This document shows positions 18,484 through 29,397 of a stretch of DNA of 46,151 nt, piece after piece. Position 1 is the first letter of the stretch. Every line of letters begins with the position of its first letter. This DNA comes from an uncultured Actinomycetes bacterium (GTDB taxonomy: Bacteria; Actinomycetota; UBA4738; HRBIN12), in assembly GCA_963704885.1 (NCBI GenBank), contig CAVPIB010000006.1:1-46151 (forward strand), in the 5' to 3' direction. Made by a program: the position numbers and the translations under genes. The notes below the pieces were generated by a model. That model ran no database searches. It had not been told where the DNA came from and was given only the letters and a program-made list of their open reading frames with translations.

Positions 18484-19883
18484 GACCGAACCTCCAGCTC
18501 GGGACTTCCCTGCGGGTCGAAGCGGCGCTGGGCTGTGCCGATGAACGTTCGGGTCGACGACGAGCGTCGAGAGATCGAGGGAGGTATCGAGATCAAGACG
18601 AGGAACAACGGATACAGCTGCACCCGTTCGCGGGTCAGCAGGCCGAAGTTGGCGAAGCTCGAGAACGCGATGATGAACAGGACGGTGAACACGGCGCAGA
18701 ACACGACGTACGGCTGACGTCGCATGGAGCGGATCGCAGCCGCGATCCACCGACGTCGCCAGAGGACGAGCACCATCAGCACGGTGCCCTCGATGGCGGC
18801 GAGCAGCGACTGGAGATTGTGGGCTTCAAAGACGAACGGTCGGAACAGCACGGTGACGGCGGCCAGCGGCGCCCGGATCGGGGAATCGACGATGGACGGA
18901 GCGAACTCGGCCCCTCCCTGCGATGTTCTGTCCTGAACATCGATCAGGGCACCGCCAACACCACCACTCGTGTCGATCCCCGAGTTGCCCAGGAACTGAT
19001 CCGTTCGCACGACCATCACGGCCGCGAGCACCACGACGGCGACGATCGAGCCCACCTTCACGATCGGCGCGAGCTCTCTCAGGCCCTTCCGGCCCTTCCG
19101 CGTCACGATCGCGGCCGCGAGCGAGACGGCGACCAGTCCTGCCATCGGAGGCCGCAGCATCCCCGCCAGCCAGAGGCCGATGCCACCCACGATCAGGCCA
19201 CGCAAGACCGAGCCGCCCAGGATCCTGGCCACGCCGAACGCCGCCAGACCGAGGCTGAACATCATCAACGCTTCCTTCCCGGTGCTCGACGGCCAGAAGA
19301 CGAGCGATGGGAGGAAGAACAGCAAGTATGCGTACGACCGAGGCCGGCCCGTCGGCACCGCGATCGTGAATGCGCGGTAGAAGAGGAATAGTCCCCAGAA
19401 CCCCAACCACGAGAAGAAGAGGAACCCACCCATCTTCGACGGTCCGATCAAGGCGTAAACCAAGCCCGTCACGTTCTCGACGAACGGGGTTCCGGTTGTC
19501 AGGTGGATGCTGCTGAAGTCGAGGTGTCGGAACGGGTCCGCGAGGGCAGCCCCGGCTGTGTGGTAGCGCGTCGCGTCGGCGACCCCTCCGTAGACGGTGA
19601 ACGCCACGTAGTACCTGGCGACCGCGCCTGCGAGCTTCACCACCAACGCCACGAACAGCAACCGGAACGTCCCGGCTTCTGACTCGCGCGCCGCTTGGCG
19701 GCGTAGCGCAGGCACACTCAGGATCAACAGGGCGGGAGCGATGAGCACTCCGCCCCAGACGTCGAAGGACGTCCTTTCCACGATGAGCAGCACGGCCGAC
19801 ACGTATCCAGCGATCAGCACCAGCCCGAAGAGGGCGAAGAGCGCAGGCGATGAGATGGAGGCATGCGTCTGACGAGCCTGCAT
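18480..19883 (-). CDS. Polytopic membrane protein, candidate Wzy-type polymerase (GT-C-like)
   Basis: About 11 TM with a large extracytoplasmic loop; DATRYH, FWPSSTGKE, LFRPF, NFGLLTRERVQ; sits inside the EPS operon. Function is inferred. Confidence 0.65.
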   Translation of the reverse strand: MQARQTHASISSPALFALFGLVLIAGYVSAVLLIVERTSFDVWGGVLIAPALLILSVPALRRQAARESEAGTFRLLFVALVVKLAGAVARYYVAFTVYGGVADATRYHTAGAALADPFRHLDFSSIHLTTGTPFVENVTGLVYALIGPSKMGGFLFFSWLGFWGLFLFYRAFTIAVPTGRPRSYAYLLFFLPSLVFWPSSTGKEALMMFSLGLAAFGVARILGGSVLRGLIVGGIGLWLAGMLRPPMAGLVAVSLAAAIVTRKGRKGLRELAPIVKVGSIVAVVVLAAVMVVRTDQFLGNSGIDTSGGVGGALIDVQDRTSQGGAEFAPSIVDSPIRAPLAAVTVLFRPFVFEAHNLQSLLAAIEGTVLMVLVLWRRRWIAAAIRSMRRQPYVVFCAVFTVLFIIAFSSFANFGLLTRERVQLYPLFLVLISIPPSISRRSSSTRTFIGTAQRRFDPQGSPELEVRS

Positions 19884-20914
19884 CAGAAGACCTCCAGGTC
19901 GCCCACCGAGACAGCCCAGGACCTCAGGTCGAGCGGGTCAGGGTCGAGGCGATGACCGAGGGTGTTCACCACAAGGGTCATGCCCCGTGGAACACGTACG
20001 GATCCGGCCCGCAGGGCCGCTCTCCCGGCCGCTGTGCCGGCCGGGAAGCTGTACGTCAAGTGATCGATCGCTGCCGACGAGCCGGCGTGTCTGAGCACGC
20101 GGGCTCCCGCGCGCACGTTCTCCGCCCGCACGATCGTCTCGGCGACCGTGCATTCGACGAGCTCTCCCCGCGGCCGTATGCGGAAGATCGAGAGCGCCTC
20201 GAGCTGACCTTCTTCGCGTGCCTCTACCGCGCGGTAGCCCAGCAACGGAGCACGTCCGTAGCGCCACCGCAGGTACGCCATGTCGCGAGGCGTCGAGATG
20301 CGATCCGAGCGCCCACCCTGATCCTGGAGCAATCCTTCGACCTCGTCCGTGAGCAGGGCCGATGCGAGCGGGGCGGTGCACGTCGGGATCGCCACCGGGT
20401 CCGCGGTCGGCTTCCAGGATCGGGCTCGCACCGCGAAGTGGATCGGTCGTCGAACCCTGACGCGGATGGGGACCTGGCCGACCACGCGCCAACCCATCTT
20501 GAGGTACCCGGGCAAACTCTTCTCGTTGGGGGTGTTGAAGACGAAGTCGGCCTCGTGCGGAAGAGCGTCGAGCGCCTCCAGCGTGAGTTGCGAGAAGATG
20601 CCCCGGCCCTGGTAGTCAGGATGCGTTGCCGTGTCGACGGCGCGCACGGCACGGAAGCGCCTGCCACCCGCCACGAACTCCCAACGCATGAAGGCGCGGA
20701 GACCAACGATCCGGTCGTCGGCCTCCGCCACCAACCCGAAAGAGCGACCGAACGGGTTCTCCTGGTGTTTCCACCGGAAGAACTTCGCCGAGTGGGAGCC
20801 AGCAGGTCCCCCGCCTAGCGCAGCGTCGAAGGACAATGCTAAGACCGCTGGCTGATCGTTCTCGGCGTGATGCTTTAGCTCGATGCCGGCAAGATTACCG
20901 CGTTTTCCTGTCAC
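19883..20914 (-). CDS. GNAT family N-acyltransferase
   Basis: FFRWKHQENPFG, AVDTATHPDYQGRGIFSQL (acyl-CoA motif A), FNTPNEKSLPGYLKMGW. Confidence 0.88.
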   Translation of the reverse strand: MTGKRGNLAGIELKHHAENDQPAVLALSFDAALGGGPAGSHSAKFFRWKHQENPFGRSFGLVAEADDRIVGLRAFMRWEFVAGGRRFRAVRAVDTATHPDYQGRGIFSQLTLEALDALPHEADFVFNTPNEKSLPGYLKMGWRVVGQVPIRVRVRRPIHFAVRARSWKPTADPVAIPTCTAPLASALLTDEVEGLLQDQGGRSDRISTPRDMAYLRWRYGRAPLLGYRAVEAREEGQLEALSIFRIRPRGELVECTVAETIVRAENVRAGARVLRHAGSSAAIDHLTYSFPAGTAAGRAALRAGSVRVPRGMTLVVNTLGHRLDPDPLDLRSWAVSVGDLEVF

Positions 20915-20916
20915 GG

Positions 20917-21798
20917 TTAGTCACCCGAGGCTTCCAATTCATTGATGGACCCGAGCAACTCCTCGAGCTTCCTAACGTCGGGCTCGAGGTCGTTTCGTAA
21001 CCGGCAACCCACCTCGCACGGAACCAACGTGGGGGCTCCGCGTTGCCGACGTAGCTGTGATTCACAAACGCCCCCGGTTGCCATGATCGTATTGACAGGA
21101 ATCCCTCCACTGCACGCAAGGAACTCCCGGGGTCCTGGAAGAGGTCCTCGCTGCGCAAGATCAAGAACCGCGATCGATCAGAAGCACGTCGAACCAGCGC
21201 TCCAACTGTTCTGAGTAGCGCCCGCGGTACATCATCGAGAAACGAAGCGACTCCCCGCGGTTTGTGCTCAGGATCAACCTCGAGGGCAGCGAGCATCAGC
21301 TGCGATCCGCTCCGACTCACGCCCGATCGCTTCGGCGAAATCCAGCTTCTCGAAGCCGAGCCGCTCCATGTGCCGGAAATGCGAGTACGCGCGCACGACC
21401 GGGTCCGAAAACACGACGATGAAACGCGCGTCCGGAAGACGCTCGGCGACCCGTGCGGGGTCGGGGGGTAAAAGAGATAGTCAGGCGTGGCCTCGAATGC
21501 GAGTCGGTCGCGTCGGAGGCCGGTAGAATAGAGAAGTGCGCTCGGTACCAAGATCACCCTCGCCGAAGCGTGCCGAGAAGTACTCCGTCTCCTTGCGAAT
21601 GGACGCCGAGAGATCGGGGTGTCCCTCCAGGTACTTGTAGAGCGACGATGTGCCTCCTCTATGGGTGCCGATGATCAGGAAGGAAGGCATCGGTCTCGCG
21701 AAGCTCGTTCCGCGGCGGAGGCGCACACGCATGAAGGCGATGCGTCTCCGGCTGCGTGGAGAGACCCATCGCTTGGCGAGCGCTTCAACGCGGTTCAC
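20917..21798 (-). CDS. PAPS-dependent sulfotransferase (heparan-sulfate ST-like), frameshifted
   Basis: FLIIGTHRGGTSSLYKYLEGHP (5'-PSB loop), KETEYF, FEATPDY, DPVVRAYSHF (3'-PB), EPDVRKLEELLG, spread across several frames. Confidence 0.85.
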
Positions 21799-22905
21799 GA
21801 TGAGGGCTTCCTGCGTAGACGTGCTCCATACCGCCGAACCGACTCACGTATGTCGAACGCCGAAGCGCGATCGCGGCCTTCTTCGCCCAAACGTGAGCGG
21901 AGCGATGGATCGTCCCGAGCAATTGGGTGATCCGTTCGGCCAATACCGCCACATCCCGGCGTGACACCAGGTACCCCTGACGTCCGTCCTCGATGACTTC
22001 CGGTATGTGCCCGACACGGGTGAGCCCAACAGGCTTCCCGAGCGCGAGAACCTCGAGAACCGAGATCGGCAATCCTTCGTGATCAGACGTAAGTGCGAAC
22101 ACGTCGAAGCTCGTCGCGATGCGAGTAGCGTCTTCGCGGAACCCTGTGAAGACGACCACATCCTCCAGCCCAAGTGATCGAGCCATCTCTTGTATCTCCG
22201 GCTCGAGAGCTCCCTGCCACGAGGATGAACCGCACGTCGGGCAGTTCGCGTCGCACCCGGTCAGCGACGAGGAGCAGCACGTCAAGTCGCTTGTGTGCCT
22301 TGAAGCTGGCGATCGTGCCAACTATCGGACGTCCGCGGGGATCCCCGAGCTCCTCTCGCACGCCGCCGCGCTCCGTCCACGCGTCGACGGAAGCCGGGTC
22401 GATGCCGTGGTAGAGGGTCTCCACGGGCGGCATAGGTCGCCATGACATCACACGTGGGTAGCGCATGCCGGCACGGACCTCATCGGAGACCGCGAAGACG
22501 TGATCGTTCCGCGGGAAGGTGAGCACGTTGCCCCATCGGGTCAACGGGTGATAGCGCTCCCACACGTTGTGCTCCGTGTAGACGATACGGACACGCTTCC
22601 TTGAGAGCGCGAGGCGCGCACCGGACGCGGCCACAGGAGAGTGCGCGTGGAGCGAGTGTGGAAGCGTCCGGGCCCGATGCAGCGCGGACCCGGCCAACCC
22701 ATGCGGTGCCTCGCGCGCCATAGAGGCAATGACTGGGCACCCCTGCATCCTCGAGGTCCTTCACCAGTGCGTCCTTCCAAGGCAACACGTAAGCGACCTC
22801 GTAGTCGAACCCGGGTCGCGGTGTGCAGGTCGGCGCAGCCGGAGGCGAGGATCTGCTCGGCGCCGCCGCGACCAACCCTCCGATGAGGAGGAGAACGCGA
22901 TTCAC
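21795..22905 (-). CDS. Glycosyltransferase family 4, frameshifted
   Basis: RVLLLIGGL..GGAEQ, HAHSP, VYTEHN, YHGID, ASFKAHKR, TSDHEGLPISVLE, across 3 or more frames. Confidence 0.85.
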
Positions 22906-22919
22906 CCGGCCAACACATC

Positions 22920-23240
22920 CTAATGGATCCGCAGGTACTGTGGCGCCACATTCTCGATCGCGAATTCCGCGAGGACACCGCTGACGGGCCGCAGCGCCCA
23001 TGGCGTCTCGGGTGGCGGCGTTCTTTGGTACGTCGAGCATCGCGATGGTTCCTCTCCCGTCATGCGCCGATCGTGGCTCGATCCCGGCTCGGTCGAGTTC
23101 CGGGCGTTATCCCAGGGCTGACCGGCGGCATTGTCGGCCGACCGGCCTAGAACACGGTCGTGCAAAACCGATCCCGAACGTGAACGCGCGCAAGCCGCTT
23201 GGCCGACACTTGCCGCGACGATCCGCCCAGGCATTTCAGC
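22920..23240 (-). pseudogene. Orphan C-terminal GT4 fragment paralogous to the upstream GT4
   Basis: EMPGRIVAAS, PWDN, RDAMGAAARQRC, FAIENVAPQYLRIH mirror EGMPASLIEAG, PWAD, REAMGKAARGRC, FSIDVIAPRYLDLY of 23334-23650. Confidence 0.55.
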
Positions 23241-23333
23241 TGTGTCACGGAGGCAGCGCGCCCTAGCGCGTAGACCGATCATCCTGGTTCTCGATGAAGC
23301 CGAAGATCCCGCACACGCGTCTAGCTCGTCTCC

Positions 23334-24475
23334 CTATCGGACATCAGTTGCAGGCACTCGTTGGCGTCCAACGAGACCCTCGTAGAGGTCGAGGTACCGG
23401 GGAGCGATCACGTCGATGCTAAACATCGAGCGGCAACGACCTCGCGCTGCCTTCCCCATCGCCTCTCGGAGATCAGGATCAGCGAGAAGTTGGTGTAGGC
23501 GCCGCTCGAGGCCGGTGGTGTCCGCCCACGGAACCAGGAATCCGGTCTCACCGTCCACAACCACCTCCGACGCACCCGCAACGTGAACCCGACCACCGGG
23601 GTGCCGCTCATCCCCGCTTCGATGAGACTCGCGGGCATCCCCTCCATACCGTCGGGACGGGTTGCGGATACCGAGGACGTCGCTGGCCGCGAACAGATCC
23701 GCCGCGTCGTTGCGGCTGCCCAGGATGAGAACCCGATCGCCTATGCCCCGCTGACTCACTGCCCGCTGCACATCGGATCGCATCGGGCCATCGCCGGCGA
23801 AGATGTGAAACGTGTTCTCCTGTTGTTCGAGCGCCGCAGTCGACAGATCCAACTGCACCAGGGGATCCTTCTCCCACGTTAGGGCCCCGGCGAGGATGAC
23901 GGTGGCACCACCCGGCAGCCCTAGTGCGCGTCGCGTCTCCCTCCGCCCCAACGAGAGGGTTCCATCCGGCGCGCATCGACACCGTTCGGGATCATCGCCA
24001 ACTTGCTGCGCGGCACTCTGAAGAGCTCGATAGCTTCCGAGCAGAGCGCCCCTGGCAACGACCACCGTCTTGTCAGCTCGGCATCAGAGCGCCGTAGGCG
24101 AGGCGCCGGTGTCTGCAGTTTGAAGGCGGGAGGTGCACCGCCTATGCGCCGATAGACAACGACGGACCTGCCCGAGATCCTAGCGGCAGCTGCGTACTCG
24201 AGGGTCTCGCCTCCGTGGAGCTGAACGACGTCCGGGCGCCACGTGTCGATGACGCGTCGCAGACGACGCGCGAGCTGCACATCCAACGGTCGCCGTCGCC
24301 GCGAGCTGGAGCTGAGGATCGTTTGCGGACCCCATAGGTGAATCCGCGGCCGTCATCTCGAAGGATCGCCACACGTTGATCCACCCACTCACTTCGAGTG
24401 CGTGGATCAGCCCCAAGGCAAAGATTTCGGCACCGCATCTCGTTGCCCCGAAGCCACCACATGAAGAACTCTCAC
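23334..24475 (-). CDS. Glycosyltransferase family 4, frameshifted
   Basis: MRVLHVVASGQR, PDVVQLHGG, IPNGVD, GALTWEKDP, AGDGPMR, EGMPASLIEAG, DGETGFLVP. Confidence 0.85.
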
Positions 24476-24482
24476 CCTGGAC

Positions 24483-25445
24483 TCACTCCAGATCGGACGG
24501 TCGACTGACGAACCGACTATAAGCGTCCGCTTGAGCCCCTCCGAGATGGGGACGATGGGATTCCATCCCGAGCACTTGACTCGCTGAGAGATGTCGGGTT
24601 TGCGACGACTTGGATCGTCGATCGGCGACCGGGTCGAGCGGATAGGCGATTTCGAACCCGATCGCTGGATCACGAGACGAGCCAGCTCCAGCATCGACAG
24701 TTCTTCGGGGTTTCCGATGTTCATCGGGCCGGTCCAGTCCGAGTCGAGGAGCGCCAAGATGCCATCGACTTCGTCGCTCACGAAGCAGAGGATCGCGTCT
24801 GACTGCCGTCGCCGAACACCGTGAGAGGGAGATGATTCAGAGCCTGATGCACCGGAATTGGGGAATGGCCCGACCGTCCGCGGGATGCATCCCTGGGCCA
24901 TAGGTATTGAAGATGCGAGCGATCTTGACATCAAGGCCATGCGTCCGGTGGTAGGCCATCGCAAACGCCTCTGAGAACCGCTTCGCCTCGTCGTACACGG
25001 ACCTCGGCCAACCGGGTCTAGCGTTTGCCCCAATACGTCTGCTGGTCCAGGATGGAGCCGATGGGGTCACCGTCAGTCTCGCTGCCGTTGAGCGCCAGGA
25101 GGAACCGAGCGTTCTTGCCCAGCGCCAATTCGAGGGCCGAAGTTGTCCCGATGGAACCGACCTTCAGCGTCTGCAGAGCATGCGTGAGGTAGTCGCCCGG
25201 ACTGGCTGGACTGGCGAAGTGCAGGACCGCATCTATCTTGGCGGCGATGTCGATCCCGTCACACACGTCTGCGACCACCTGAGTGAAGCGCCCACTGTCC
25301 AACAGATCCCGAGTATTGTCCGCGTCTCCCGTCGAGAGGTTGTCGACGGCGCGGACCAGGTCCACCCGCGAGCCACTAAGGCGCGGCAGAGGTGAGAACC
25401 GAGGAATCCGAGCCCCCCGGTAACGACAGCCGGAGTGCTCGGCAT
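24483..25445 (-). CDS. UDP-glucuronate decarboxylase (UXS)-like SDR, frameshifted
   Basis: [71 protein letters not shown]. Confidence 0.88.
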
Positions 25446-25515
25446 GAGTGCCTCCCTACCTCTCGTTGAGTGCAGTTGCAAGAACAGTAACGAGTCGCCT
25501 GCAACAGCCGGAGCC

Positions 25516-26832
25516 TCAACTCGCGGTGGGTAGCGGATCTGCTGACCGGTTCCTACGTAGATGAAGGCCGGCGTCCACCGCAGCGCCTGGGTCGAACAGG
25601 TTCCGTCCATCGAACATGACCTTCTGCTCCATCAGGTGGCCGGTCCTCTCGAGATCGACCGAGCGAAGCCGCCCACTCCGTGCATAGGACAACGGCGTGG
25701 GCTCCGGAGGCGGCCTCGTACGGATCGGTCGCGGCCGCCGCACCGGTCGCGGTGATCTCGTCATCCGAGACAACCGGGTCGTAGACGACGACTTCGCACC
25801 CAGCCTCCCGCAGCCCCTTGATCAGGCGGGAGGGATGGAGCATCCCGGAGATCATCGGTGTCCGGTTTGAACGAGAGTCCCCAGACGGCGATCCTCTTGC
25901 CCTCGAGGTTCCACAACACCGCACGCATCCTCGCGATCAACCGGTCCTTCGCGTTGTTCACGCGAGCCACTTCCGATAGGAGCGAAAGATCAACTCCGAG
26001 CTCGGAGGCCCGATACTGGAACGCGGCGAGATCCTTGGGCAACAGAATCCCCCGTAGCCGATACCAGCCTCGAGGAAAGCTCGACCAATCCGGGGGTCCA
26101 ATCCCATGGCCTCGGCCACAGCTCTCACATCGGCGCCCGCCGCCTCGCAGACGTCGGCCACCGAGTTGATGAAGGAGATCTTGGTGGCCAGGAATGCGTT
26201 GGAAGCGAGCTTGATGAGTTCGGCCGTCGCGATGTCTGTTTCGATATACGCGCAGTCAGCCGTGTCAAGGATCGGTTGAATACACAGCTTCTTCAGCGCG
26301 ACCAGCGCCCGGTCGGTCTGTGCACCCACCACGATTCGGGATGGCGCCAGCGTGTCCTCCACAGCCTTGCCCTCACGAAGGAACTCCGGGTTCGACGCGA
26401 CGTCCAGGTCGGCTGACGGGTAGACGAGCTCAGCCGTCCGACGGATCCGAATCCCCCGTTCCAACCGGAACGGTCGACTTCTCAGTGAGCACCGTGTAGC
26501 CGCTATGAGATGAGGCGATCCTCCTGGCCTCGGTCTCGACCGAGGTCAGATTCGCCTCCCCCGTCTCGCGTATGGGTGTCCCCACACAGATGCAGCGACA
26601 CCTCGGAGGTGAAGGAGGCGTTGAGTGGGTCGGCCAGAGTGAGACGACCGGACCGCAGTGATTCCCTTATCAGCTCGGGAAGTCCAGGTTCGAAGAAGGG
26701 ACTGTCCCCTCTTCGGATCACGGCGAGCTTGTCAGCGTCGTCGTCCACTCCGAGAACGTCGTGACCGAGGTGGGCGAAGCACGCGGCACTCGTGAGCCCG
26801 ACGTGCCCGAGTCCAACGACGGTGACAAGCAT
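25516..26832 (-). CDS. ugd: UDP-glucose 6-dehydrogenase, frameshifted
   Basis: VVGLGHVGL, FFEPGL, SNPEFLREG, AELIKLASNAFLATKISFIN, GIGYGG..PKD, WGLSFKPDTDDLRD, FDGRN. Confidence 0.9.
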
Positions 26833-26949
26833 GAACCAGCCCCTTTCGATCGATCGCATCGCGGATCCACTGACCGGGCGGCAGCGGTGAGGTTGGCCGA
26901 GCGCGGCGGAAGCGCTACTGGGACTGCTCGCGGGAGCGGGACCGCGCGA

Positions 26950-28152
26950 TCAGAGCAACCCTCGATCCTCCAGAGAGGAGAGGAGTTTCTCGGCTCGAGT
27001 CCTCCAGGAGCCGCCGCCCTCTGCCACCTGTCGGGCCTCCAGGGCCATCCGTCTTCTGAGGGCGGTGTCACGCGCGAGGCGCACGATGGCGTCGGCCGTC
27101 GCGGCCGCGTCACCGGGCGAAACCAGGAGACCCCCTCGTTCCTGTGGATCACCTGAGCGATCTCACCCACCTGGGCCGCGACCACTGGACATCCGCTGGC
27201 GAGGTACTCGTAGAGCTTCAACGGCGAATAGTGGAACGCTCCTTCATCGGCAAGCAGGAACGCCATGTCGAAGCATCGGATCCACCTCGGCACTTCCTCA
27301 TGGGAAACGGACCCGACCAGGTAGACGTTGCTTCTACCCTGGACGGCGGCAGCCACGGTCTGGAAGAGCGGACCATCACCAACAAGGCACAGCACTACGT
27401 CAGGCGCGTCCCTCTCAAGGCGTCGCGCGATATCTGGAAGCAGATGAAGCCCATGGAAGGGTTGGAAAAAGCTGCCCACCCGCCAACCACGATGCGCGAT
27501 CCGAGCTCTCGTGGCCGAGGCTCCTCACTATTCCCAGCTGGCGCGAACAACTCGAGATCGACCGCATTGTCGATAACGAGCCGCTTGTTGTCGGGCACAC
27601 CGATCGAGGAGAGCGATGCGTCCAACTCGGCTGACACAGGCACCACAACGTCGGCCTGCCTGATGATCCTGAACTCTCCGACACGTTCAACCACGGAACC
27701 CCATGGGCGATGGATGCCCCACCCCTCTTGTTCCGGCCTTTTTCAAGGGCGACCATCTTGAGGACGAACGGGGTACCGCTTTCTCTCGCCGCATGCTGCC
27801 CGGCCGTGTGAAAGCGGCGGTGGACCTGGATGACGAGTTGATAAGAAGCCGCCCTGGCCGCGGTGACCGCCTGCTTCTTGAGTTGCTGCGCTCGCCACCA
27901 GCTGCGACCGTCGCCGAGCAAGACGCGGATCATCTGGGGGAGGCGGTGGAGGCTCCGGCGGAGTGTGCCCGGAGGCGCCGCACGCTGCAGCGCGAAGCCC
28001 TTTAACTGAGAGGGAGCGAACACACCGTACGGAGTGAGGACGTCACAGCGTTCGACGAGCGACCCAAGCGCCTGAGCCAGGCCGGCGGTCTCGAGCCAGA
28101 AGGGATCCACCCCCGGCTTGGTGCTCAGATATGCGGGGAGGATGAATAGCAC
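26950..28152 (-). CDS. Glycosyltransferase family 4, frameshifted
   Basis: ADVVVPVS, NAVD, GSFFQPFHG, LVGDGP, FHYSPLKLYEYLASGCPVVA; start approximate. Confidence 0.82.
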
Positions 28153-28293
28153 ATGAATCCTCCGACGCGAGCCGTGAGCAACTGCTTTTTGAGCCTGGTA
28201 CTCCGAATCCTATGATCATGATTGCGACCGGTGTCGCCTAGACCTACTCGACCCAAGGCCTGAGAGGATTGCGATGGATAGGGGTGTAGAGAT

Positions 28294-29282
28294 TCATCTG
28301 TGCGCGCCTTTTTCGCTCAGCTTCCCGACGTAACCCGTCCGAATCGTCCGTCTGGTTCCCGCCTCGAGACGCCGGCGCATTCGAATTCGCGGATACATGG
28401 GCTCGTATCCAAACTCGAGCAACAACAGCACGGCTACCGCCTCGACCATCTCTACATCGCTCGTCTCCATGCTGAGACGCCAATCCCGCATGCCTTCGGT
28501 GGGCGGCGGCGGTATTCGCATGGAATCTCGCGAACTCCGGCGCTGCTCGAGCCTTGACAAGCTCGCGAATGAGACTCCAGCATCACAGATTGCATGTCGA
28601 GACCGCAATCGAGTGTGCTCCTCAACCCCAAGCGTTCTCACCGTGTCGGCGACCAAGTCCTCATACCGGATCTCTACATACCGTGCCCCAAACTCTTTAC
28701 CCCAGAACGCACGCCTGCGCCGACCCATCTTCGCCAGCGGTCGAGCCGCCTGAAATACAGTAGTTGGCACGCCTGGATAGCGTAGCTCCCTCGCGACGTC
28801 CAGATACGACAGCGTCGCGTTCCAGAGGGTCCCGCACCAGGTGCACGAATGAGCAGTAGGAAACAGGCTAGCCAACAGGGGCAGAGCTTGGACGTACATG
28901 AGTATCTTGTTCACCACGCACCTTGCCCTGCGTCGTTGCATAGACCGAGTAGATTGCGTCTATAACGCTTGACAATGTATGCCCTGCCAGTCGGCCTATC
29001 CGTTCGCGAACGAGGTCTTCCAGCAGATTCCAACGCCTAACGCTCTCGTCGTTGAGTATGCGCGGCAGGAGAGATTACCGAGATCAAGTTGATCACCTCG
29101 GACATACAGGCCTCTCTCCCGCCAAACATATCAGGATGAAATTGGATTCTACGGAAATAGCCAAGATCGGGATGCGCATCCAGGCATACGGCAGACGTCG
29201 TGCCGGAACGTCCACAGCCGACGATGAATATGGGCGCCTTCGCCGACTGAACCTCTGACATCGAGCGCTCGTGCTCCTTCAA
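28294..29282 (-). CDS. PAPS-dependent sulfotransferase (Sulfotransfer_3-like), heavily frameshifted
   Basis: PIFIVGCGRSGTT..LDAHPDL, VNK..YV..LPLLASLFP, YVEIRYEDLV, LLLEFGY; both ends approximate. Confidence 0.75.
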
Positions 29283-29397
29283 TCCTGGCCGCTCACTTGA
29301 ACGCTATCGACCCATGGCGGTGGGGCTCGGACGATGCGCGGAGGGGTCTTTCAGCTCCAATGAAAGTGGCGTTGCTCCTATTTCCGATCCATGCCAC

